A stretch of DNA of 63,952 bases, filler included, from Sluysia triapertura (Eukaryota): NCBI GenBank assembly GCA_046118255.1. It is 5 parts of 5 records of this genome, joined end to end, with 100 filler letters (N's around TTAATTAATTAA, not from the genome) between each part and the next. Parts side by side here need not be neighbours in the genome. Positions count along the whole stretch, not along the records: positions 52,203 to 63,952 come from JBJNIA010173698.1; 4 more parts are not named here. One strand, 5' to 3'. The notes under the pieces are model-generated. The model had not been told where the DNA came from. It worked only from the letters and a program-made list of their open reading frames with translations, and did not search any database. The translations under genes and the position numbers were made by a program. This document shows, piece after piece, positions 54,041-63,952 of this stretch (position 1 is the first letter of the stretch; each line of letters starts with the position of its first letter).

Positions 54041-55665
54041 GATATGACTGTCTTTAATTTACATGATTCCATATTCAATGCCTCTAAAATAGTAAACTAC
54101 GTTTTTATTACCAGAGTTATGTTCTACTTTTAATAAGTTTGAACAATTATGATGCAGTACAGATTCGCATGTGTAATACGGTTTATCTTTCGAAAAGGAC
54201 ATATCCATAGGAATAGTCAGTTCTGCGAAAAGTAACTTAACTCTTAATGCGTAATTAATGAGGGTCTTTTCTTGAAGAATATTATATCAATATTATTTTA
54301 TTTCGTTTTTAAATAGGTTTTTTAATTTATATCACTTTCGAATAAATTCTCAATTTTATTAAGTTTAATTCAAATAGCTTATCTTAAAAATTCTTCTTAA
54401 ATAAACGCGTATTTAATCAAAATGACGTATAAGTCGCAAATTTTATTAATCAAATAAAATTCTATAGACAAAAATGTTCTCAAATAAAACAATAATACTT
54501 ACATTTATAAATATAATGCACAAATATTACGAATAAATAAAAATTATTACAAGATGATTTTATATAAGATTTTGATCCAGGCGAATGCTTGGATTTGTTT
54601 AATGAATGTGATTTTACCTCAGATTTTAATGCAAAGACTGTCTATGAAAAAAATTATAGAAAACAAGCTTACTTATTGGTCATTAAAAATATTCGATTAG
54701 AAATGCCAGCAACGCCTTGACGAATTCCAAATAGAAACTGTATTTTTATAAACGTAGATATGTTTCACTAAATAGCCACCATCATTATGGTGATGATGAT
54801 GATGATGATTAATATTATTATTTACAAATTATATTATTAACAAAAAGTAAGATATGTAAAATATAAAATGAATGCAGAAGTATGTTCAACCTCACTTTAC
54901 TATTTTATATTCCAAAATCTTGGGGACAAGCACTTAATTGTATAAGACTGAGATCACAGGCTTACTCTTCACTATCAAGGCGATTGTGATTTTAGACTTT
55001 CATTAGGAAACCACATCAGTTGAATATTTATTAATCTAGAAAAATCAGAAATTGTTTGAAATATAGAATAAAAAACGAAGCGAAAAATTATAAAAACATT
55101 TGAAAGTATGGAAGAATCACGTTAGAAATAAGTTTTTATAAATTACACCAGATAATATAAAAAAATATTTTATAAATATTCTCTTATCAGAAACTTACTT
55201 TAGAATCTTGAAAAAGTTGTTTCTATTAATTTTTTGAAGGTTCTTAGACATTATTATTAGCTTTGTAGCTTAACTTCTTGTTCTTATTTAATTTTATAAA
55301 AATTAATGTCTTTACAAGGGAAATGCGTTAATAAATTTTTTGTTTGCATATATTTCGAGTATTAAAAGTTTTTCATTTATAAAGTCTAAGTTATTTTGAA
55401 ATAAATATAATAAAATAAATAGTATATAACTTACACAATAAATTTTTTTGAATTAAAAAACAACTTAGCTATAAAATACATTCTTTGAAATAGAAATTTC
55501 ATTATTTTAAACTTGATTTTTAAAATTTAATAAGTCTATTTAATTAAGTAAGATTTAATTATTATGTATTCAAGGTAATTTATTAAAATAAATATTTTTT
55601 CAATAAATTTAAGTACATAATCCTTACTTGTTTATAAATAATAATCTATATTCGGAATTTATTTA

Positions 55666-55931
55666 ATGGTAAATAATTTTTATTCATTAATTTATATTAA
55701 TTTTTCAGTCAGATCCTCTAAACACCAGAGTATTGAAATATAACATGTAAATTGAAAAATAATTATTAGGGATACCGTAGGAGACGACGTTCAAGGTCTA
55801 ATTCACCATATGGCGACGAAGATCACCCTAGGAATCAGTTTGAAATGGGCTTTATTGACGTAATTTTATCATAATATTTTTCATATTTTTATTTTCTAGA
55901 ATGTGGACAATAGGATGAGGATACCAATGAA
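55666..55931 (+). CDS. HDAC6: HDAC6-like N-terminal micro-exons: 55666-55668 (ATG), 55709-55729, 55770-55859, 55900-55931
   Basis: Three GT-AG introns of 40 nt each give the continuous frame M|SDPLNTR|GYRRRRRSRSNSPYGDEDHPRNQFEMGFID|NVDNRMRIPMK. The first two exons are less certain. Confidence 0.6.
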
Positions 55932-55963
55932 GTAGATTTGTTTTTTGTTGTATGATATTTTAG

Positions 55964-56105
55964 GACTATATTTGCGTTTGATCCTATAATGTTGGATCAT
56001 AAAAATATATTTGATCCTCATTATTCTGAAAATCCAGAAAGAATTCGTTTATGTTATCAAAATTTAACCGAATGTAATCTTTTAGATGAATGCGTAATAC
56101 AAAAA
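55964..56105 (+). CDS. HDAC6: Class IIb histone deacetylase (HDAC6/10-like) exon, start of catalytic domain
   Basis: Follows a 32-nt GT-AG intron. TIFAFDPIMLDHKNIFDPHYSENPERIRLCYQNLTECNLLDECVIQK; gtaag donor. Confidence 0.88.
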
Positions 56106-56629
56106 GTAAGTTGATATATGCATATTTAAAATTTAGCTTAAAAGAATTATTTTTGTGTCCCAATGAAATAATTATTCAAACAGTAGTTTAGGAGCAATTA
56201 ATTTTAAGTTGATCTTATGCTTAAATATAAAAAATTAGATAAATTTGGTTAAATTTTGAAATACATTTATTTTTATTGAGCACCTTATTTGAAAAATTTT
56301 CACAATCGAAAATTGTTTTACGCTGTACATTATATATTATATTTTTAATGTCAATGAATTCTTTATTTTTAAATGGTCTTGTTACTAAAATACAAACTAC
56401 ATTTCTTAATCATTAATCTATTAGATACTAACACTATCTAAGAAGCGCCAAATGTGAGATCTAACAATGTTTAGAATAGTACATGGCAACCAATTTGAAA
56501 ATACCAATGTTTCAATGCCAACTGAAGTTTATAACAATTTTTCAAAATAAAATTTTAATCCTAATGTGTTAAAAAATTTGAAATGATTTAAAAATTTTAA
56601 AGTACTACTACTACTACTACTACTACTAC

Positions 56630-56675
<46 letters not shown>

Positions 56676-56827
56676 CAAGCGAAAATATAACTCTAAAAAA
56701 TTTTTCTTCTATGCTAGAATCTTAAGCTTTTTCTCTGCAAAAACTTTTATCAAATTATGAATGTGGAATCAACACTAAATAAGTGATTATTAACCTTTCA
56801 ATTTGTATAAAGGTATACCATGTTTAG

Positions 56828-56965
56828 AGCACTGAAGCAACACATGAATTATTGAGTTTGGTACACACAAATGAATATATTGAATTAATTGAAAGTTCTG
56901 CTTCCATGAATGTGGAGCAATTGGAACATCTATCATCACAATATGAAGATGCATATTTTAATAAT
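56828..56965 (+). CDS. HDAC6: HDAC6-like exon
   Basis: tttag acceptor and gttagt donor, phase 0-0. STEATHELLSLVHTNEYIELIESSASMNVEQLEHLSSQYEDAYFNN (LVH..EY motif; class IIb-type EL..L...YD..Y segment). Confidence 0.9.
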
Positions 56966-59900
56966 GTTAGTTGAAAATTTTGTTTGTTTAGGTAAACTTT
57001 TGTAAATTTTAAATTATATATATAATTTTAAATAGTAATAAAAGATTCAATCATTGGATAAATGTTAAGCTTTTGAACCATGTGAATTTTTTATGTTTTT
57101 GGTACTGCCATTTTTCGAGAGTTTCCAGGGCAAAAGTTCATTCAAATCTTTTCAAACCGTTCAATGAATTTATGAGACTTTAGGTAATTGAGTTGCGTAA
57201 TTGAACTAATAAATAAATTCCCATATTTCGACCTTGAAAATATCTGAGTAGAATTGGCTAAAATGTTTTAATAACGAATTACCAGTAAAATTTATAACTG
57301 AAACTATTACGAAACCACTAGGTAGTATTGATATAGAAGTTAAATACTCGCACGTTAGTTAAATAATCACTAATTGTGCATTGTTATGAATCAGTTTAAA
57401 ATATTTTTAATACACAGATAGGTTGTAATATTTTTCGCCAATATAATATTTAATGATCCAATTGACCAGTCGACTAATGTAATACAATGTTCCTTATTAC
57501 TGTTACCTATTCATACAATTTAAATTTTCTTCCCTGCAATTTCAGTTACTATCTATCTAGTTTTCTCATTTCATTATTAAATGAGAAAGTTATTGAGGAT
57601 AACGAAATTATAAATTTGGTAATAATAAAATGACATTAATGTTTTTTACATCTATTTCAAATTAATAATAATCAATCATTATGATAATCTTTTTCATTAA
57701 GAGTAATTTTCGAAAGAATATCTACAAAAATGATAGAGCTGGCTTGGGCAAACTTTTTAAGTTGGGCCCCTATTTCAACATATTTATTTTTGGCGTCCTC
57801 AACTTAATAAAAAATCATAACGCCACTACAAAAACTTCATAAATAAAATTAACACCTTTTTAATAATAAATGTATTTTTCTGTTTCTTATAAATTAAATA
57901 AATTAAATATTATGAAAACAACAGTTCTAATTTTTAGCAAAAATAAAGAAAAATTGACAAAGTTAAATTCTAATTCTTCATATCAAAATGCAATATTTCA
58001 CTTATGTGAAATATTAATGTATTTCAACACGTCGCTGTTATTTAATAGCTGCTATTTCGCGATTGTGATAGGAGTCCGCTAACGTTATTTTTAATTAACA
58101 GCTAAAACATAGCAGAATACCAAATAGCATAAAATCTCTAGTTCATATGTAGAATTGTTTTATGAATTTGCAACTATATTTGCTTTGAAATTTTATTCTT
58201 GATGATTGTTGTTCTACATCAAGAACGTAAATTATAGAATTGTAAAATCTAACAATTTTAAAATTATTATCACGCGCTCATCTGAGGGCTCGCCCCTTTG
58301 CTCCAGAGTAAATAATTTTATAATTTTTGAAATACAATTATACAAGCATAAACGAATGTAATCGTGCAAGACTTCACATTAAAATAAAACTCCATTTTAT
58401 ATAATTTAATGTATTTACTTTGTTGACAGAAAAGTTCATGTTAAAATTAGAAATATTAATATGCTGGGTTTTTCTTAATAAAAGAGCCTAACTCGCAGCA
58501 AAATAAATTCGTATTTTGAGTCCGTTTACATTACACGGCTTACTAATGGCGTACCTGTAAAATTACGTGAAAATAATTGTAACGATTAACTATATAAAAG
58601 ATACTCTTTACCTTAACTTAAACAATAGTGGGCAAAATCGTTTATGTCAACTGATACTAAATAGCTTAAAAAATAATCAAGACAAACGCTGGAATATATA
58701 ATATTTAAGTTAATGTAAGACTAAGATTTATATAAAAACGTGTTATTCTTTTATTTTTTAATTTAACTTCCATTATTTATTACGTTAAAGAGTTTACACT
58801 GTGATTTACCTATCTCCAAAGTAACAATGATCCAAAACTGCAAAATATCTAAATTTTATTATGTTACACATTTATTAAATACAAAAAATTAAAATAAGAC
58901 GATTGTAAATTTATAAAGATAAAAACAACAATAATTAAATTTTTTAAATAATAAAAATATAATAATAATAATATGAAATGATTTATAATAAAGATCTAGT
59001 CCGAAGACTACCTATTGATAAGTATTTTATAATTGACCTTAAGGGCCAACTAAAAAACGATGAATTTAGAGTGTAAAGTGATTTTATGATTGATCTTAAT
59101 GACCAACCGAAAATTAGGTATTTTACATAAATATTTTAACTCAAATTGAGTGTTCAATCTATGTGAATCATACTTACAAATTCAATTAATAAATTGATGA
59201 TCAAGCTCTATAAGTGTTTTTCGAAGTAATTTGATTGATTGGTTTGCTGATAATTGGAAGTTGTAATCCTTCTTATCGTAGACGAGGGATATAATACTGC
59301 TGGATGGTTGATGAATTCGATAACTGCTGGAGCACCGAAAATAACCAAGTATTGATGTATTAAATTGATGATCTTCGAATTAATGGCGTAAATGGCGTAA
59401 TAATTTTTCTGATGACGAATTAATTATGGCTTCTTTGTTTTCTTTATATATTCATAAAGGCATTTAAAAATTACTTCGTTAAAAACTTCTTTGTTCTAGA
59501 ACTTTCTTTAAATTCTTTTTTAATTTATAATTTTTTGTAAATAAAAATAATAATAATTTTTTAAACTATTTTTACAAATTTTTAAATATAAAAATAAAAA
59601 ATTTTACACCTTTACAAATATATGTAAGATTAATTTATAAATTGGGTATTTAGAATTGTTCAAATTTTAATTGTGTGCTAAATGTAATTCTTGTCTAGAT
59701 TATTAAACTTGTTTCCAATTTATTTATTTTGATTTAGTTATTTATTTCAGGTTTTGTTTGCTGACATTCACTTTATAAATTAAATAGTTTGTTTAACTTT
59801 AAAATTAGATATGCAATTAATAGATACAAATGTTCGTGCTAAACTAAACCCACCAGGGGATGGGGATTACCTAGTGTATTGGTTTACTCGAGTGCGTAGT

Positions 59901-60983
59901 TCGTCTTTTATTGTGAATTGGTTAGAGTATGCGTTATATTAAATTTGGATTTGGTGTTAATTTGAAATGATTTTTAGTTTTTGATTTACGTAATGTTGAC
60001 TGTATTTGCACATGTATGGAGCTTATTGTATTTTCATTTTAAGTAGTTATAGAGGACTTGGGGAAAACTTTACATGTAAAATTGTGAGTGGCTTAAAAGA
60101 CACTCGTGACTTGATTTTATCTGTATAATCATGCTTTTGAATCAATTATTGTTTTGTTTTTATTTTTACTTCTTTTCTTAATGATGAATTTTGTATTTAA
60201 AGTGTTACTTTGAGCCATTATTACTATTTTTGAAGATTCCGATGGTTACATATTTAAGAATTTAAGTTACTTCTAACTTTAGCTTAAGGTCGTGCAAACA
60301 AAATGACTAAGTTAAGTTAATTAAAAACGAAGAAAAAAATAACAATAAATTATTAAAACTATAATAAGTAAAATAATGATTTTAAAAATTCGGATAGAAT
60401 ACTTGTTTACATAAATAATTTACATAAATAACATTCATATTATTAGAATATAAGGTAAAGCTAACATGTTATAACACTAAAAATGTTACTCCTAATATTA
60501 AACTGACAAAACATAAATGATTATATGTTATACATAATTACATAGGCATTTCGAACATAATTTGGATTTACTATCATGATATATTTATAACGAATCTAGG
60601 AACTCTAAAGGTACGCATATAATAAGAATAAAAAGTAAGCCACATTTCAGAAAATACTCTAGACATTCACGCTCAAATATTAAAGTCTACGGATGTTGTA
60701 TTACCACAAATATAATATTCTACACCGGGTTATTTAGCATTAATCTTTATTTTATATTGAGAGGATATGTGACAGTTTTCAGAACAGGTGGAATTACTTA
60801 TATTTACTTATATTACTCATATTATAAATACTTCAGGTAAATAGTAAAAAAAACTTTAAATTCACAAATAAAAATGTAATGTTATTACGTTGAATAAAAA
60901 CTAACCGACACCACAAAAATATAAGTTAGTGTTGTATATTTATATACATTTGCAGGAATCGCCAATACACTGTATAATTAAAT

Positions 60984-62760
60984 TTAGGTTCGTGAGTTAA
61001 TAATAATTTTCGAATTTGGTGGACGTTTTGATTCAAGTGCTAAAGGTAAGTTATCTAACTTATCGTGTACAAGAGATGTAATAATCAAGTCAACTTCGAA
61101 TGTACAGCCTATTTTGCTATTTACGGTAACTGTATTTGGTAAATTTACAATTAATTTATATAATTTATATAAATTCATTATGATGTAAATGGCTTTATTT
61201 ACATCATAAAGTAAGTATGCCGTAATAGTTATGATAAAACCGAACCATATAAATTATTAATACCTATATAAAATACACTAGTATTATTATCAGCTTTTGT
61301 ATAATCTTTGTAGACAAGTGTCATTCTACATTGTACACCATTTTCGAAAAAACTAAACATCACGATAAATTAAAACCAGTTATTCATCTTTTGATTTAAG
61401 TGCTGATTTCCAACTTAAACCAGGTAATGACAAAAGCTGACTCGATCTAAATGATCTTCATTTCAAGCTAAATTCTTAAAAAATATCAGTCAATAAGTAG
61501 GCTGTCAATAATCAAATAAATTATAACAATTTAATTATTGTCACATTTTAATGCCTTATTATACTCGTCATACTTATATCATTATTCCTCTTCGGTGTAT
61601 TGATTTAATAATTTGTAGTACACAGAGTGAAGTAGGCATATGGTATGGAAAAATCCTTTTTGATTTGAAACTATTTTACTAGTTAATGGTAATGTGGACA
61701 TCGCGATAGTTAAATTTTCTAAACCACTTGGTGAAATTGAAAACTTTTTAAATGATTTAATATAAGCAAATAAAGCTTGAAACTTTTGTGAACTTTGTAG
61801 TAAACAAGTTATTTCCCAATTATTAATTCACCCAATGCATATATTAATATATGATGAATGTCATATCCACGTAATTTATGAAATGATACAGATAAAGTCG
61901 GTGAATTTTTCTACTTAAATTACATTTATTACAAGATGCACCTAAATATTTACCACTAAAATGGTCATGATCTTTAACAAGTTTAATTTCTGGTTTTTTA
62001 CACAAATAACATGATTAAATTATTAAATTAGTTGAATTCATTTCTTTTTGATCTTGGTAATAAGGTATAGTTATATTTTGAACAAGTTCTTCAGTCGTAT
62101 TTAAAAAACTTACTACACATTTATCACCAGCAAAACTATAATATTCCAATTTTGAGTCTACTAATAAATCTGCTGATAATGGTTCATGTCTTTTTTGATA
62201 TTGTTAGTCCGGTAATAATATAAATTCCAAATCTGCGTAAATAACAAATGGTGGTGATACTGATTTACTGTGATTAATAAATTAACATTTATTAATAATT
62301 GGCGTAGTTTGCAAAATATCTCCTTCAAGATTTTTACTACAATTATTGATTATTAAATGAGATATATGTCCTAAAATCCCCTTAAACACTTTCTATACTA
62401 TTTACACTTTATTCTTAAAAAGTTCATGTTTTCATTAAGAAATCCTCCAACGATAATAAATTAGTAATTGTTTCACAATTACACTTATTTCTATATATAA
62501 TGTATCAATAAATGGATTTTCAAAAATATCGTCCTTATCATGGATATCATATTCAAGAATATCATTTTAAAACATTCATTTGTAAATTATTTAATCGTTC
62601 AAATTTAGGTGTATTAAATGTAGTCATGGAGAATTCAAAATCGTTATAATTGAATTCATCCAAATATTTTGTGTAATTGCTAACACGAAATCTATGGCTT
62701 TTGTTTACAAAATCATATTTCAAAATTGATAAGATGGGATATAAACTAATAGATAATATG
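60984..62760 (-). pseudogene. Polinton protein-primed family B DNA polymerase (HNH/EndoVII-containing type), decayed, intronic and antisense to HDAC
   Basis: Ordered motifs RVSNYTKYLDEFNY...KFERLNN, PPFVIYADLE, KDHDHFSGKYLGASCNKCN, HKLRGYD, SLPGLSWKSALK, YIGINNLYG, GCTFEVDL...HDKLDNLPLALE. Confidence 0.88.
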
Positions 62761-62797
62761 TCAAAATGGTCTAATTTAGAGTCAAGAAAAACCTGAT

Positions 62798-62857
62798 ATA
62801 ATCAAATACAAAGTGTTGATAATGGGCATAATCAAATACAAAGTGTTGATAATGGGC
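62798..62857. repeat. Exact 30-bp tandem duplication
   Basis: ataatcaaatacaaagtgttgataatgggc twice. Confidence 0.9.
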
Positions 62858-63209
62858 AGGATCGGACTTATAATTTCGCACTGATAACTACTCGGGCAAG
62901 TGGCAGAAAAATATTTTAGAAAGCATTTTATTATATTTACGTTGTGATTTAAACCTAGCACGTGCTTATCAGGCTTTTCTTGACTGTGAATAGACTAGAG
63001 CACCTTGCTTTAGGTGGGTTATCCGTTTCTCGAAAACGGTACAAATACTCGACCCTCTAAAGTGTTAAGACAAATATTTGCTGACTAATTTATTCTAATG
63101 AACATGACCAAGAAAGCTGTGAAATAACATAAAAAGCAAATTAATACTATATTTTATAATAAATACTATAATTTATCATTTATAATAATAACATAATAAT
63201 TGTATTTAG

Positions 63210-63307
63210 AGTACCTATTCGGCAGTAAAAGTGACCGTTGGATCAATAATAGAAATTGTAAAAAAAATAATTAACAATGAATATAGAAATGGATTTTGTT
63301 TGGTGCG
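63210..63307 (+). CDS. HDAC6: HDAC6-like exon ending at the R of RPPGHH
   Basis: tttag acceptor and gtaagt donor. STYSAVKVTVGSIIEIVKKIINNEYRNGFCLV(R). The gene continues beyond the window. Confidence 0.9.
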
Positions 63308-63399
63308 GTAAGTTAATATTTTATCAAATGTAGTTTATGCTTCTCAAGATTTAAATTATAATACATTTGAAGATATCTCACTTGACAGAGAAAAGACAG

Positions 63400-63952
63400 A
63401 CATATAATTTTAGACCTAAATTAAAGGCGATAGAAAAAATTCCCAAGTATTGTAATTTTATTTGACACAAAAGAATAAAATGACACTGGAATAAATTAAA
63501 CCAAACCAAATCATCCTATTACGCAAAGTATTTAAAGAAATAAATATAATCGAAGACAAAGTTATTACTACATCTAAATTAAAATTATACTGTAAGAATA
63601 TGAAGTAAAACAATTTTCAAAAAATATTTTAACAAATTAAAATTTAAAATGATCAAATTTGTCAAATTAATAATGATTTAATTTTATTTTATCGTTATAA
63701 GTAAAATGATTTGACTAAAATTAGGTGAACACATTTGGGATGAGATCACTGTAAGATCTCATGTAACACCTTATCTTAAAGAATTACATTGGTTGCCAAT
63801 AAAAGCAAGAATAGTATTTAAAATCATGACAATAATTTACAAATGCTTTACATTACGGAAGTCCTAAATATCTTCTAGAAATAATACGAAAATTGGAAAC
63901 CAAGATGAATATTTCATTGAGGCATGATAATCTATACAGAATCCACAGTGAT
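63400..63952 (+). mobile_element. L2/CR1-group non-LTR retrotransposon ORF2 3' fragment (intronic)
   Basis: SHVTPYLKELHWLPIKARIVFKIMTIIYKC...PKYL at 63758-63880 is the typical H(I)TP.L..LHWLP...RI.FK C-terminal motif. Left boundary approximate. Confidence 0.8.

Noticed and set aside
57735-58310. GC-rich ends suggesting a hAT-like MITE in the HDAC intron
   Set aside because: No convincing TIR pair or 8-bp TSD could be defined.

Overview
Very AT-rich eukaryotic (most likely animal) scaffold made of six contigs joined by N-gaps; four gaps carry a TTAATTAATTAA linker, so order across gaps is not guaranteed. Two spliced host genes frame the window. On the minus strand (3487-12471) are five phase-compatible exons of a class III nucleotidyl (adenylyl-type) cyclase. 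On the plus strand (55666-63307) is the 5' part of a class IIb histone deacetylase (HDAC6-like), which starts with micro-exons and introns of 40/40/40/32 nt. The rest is mostly decayed mobile DNA: (1) at least three Polinton/Maverick relics (ATPase, minor capsid and a small-GTPase-like ORF inside a 15.5-kb spacer-less palindromic contig; an ATPase-mCP-core-MCP-protease module at 42.6-45.0 kb; a protein-primed PolB in an HDAC intron); (2) a Ty3/gypsy RT fragment, an L2/CR1-type LINE fragment and piggyBac-type MITEs; (3) a SUCO/SLP1-type SUN-domain pseudogene. The most unusual observation is a family of at least six short elements with a tRNA-Ala-derived Pol III core. The best-preserved copies have TGT...ACA termini and 4-bp target-site duplications, and one has 63-bp terminal inverted repeats. 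This points to integrase/transposase mobilisation rather than SINE-type retroposition. All protein assignments come from manual translation and motif recognition; no searches were run.
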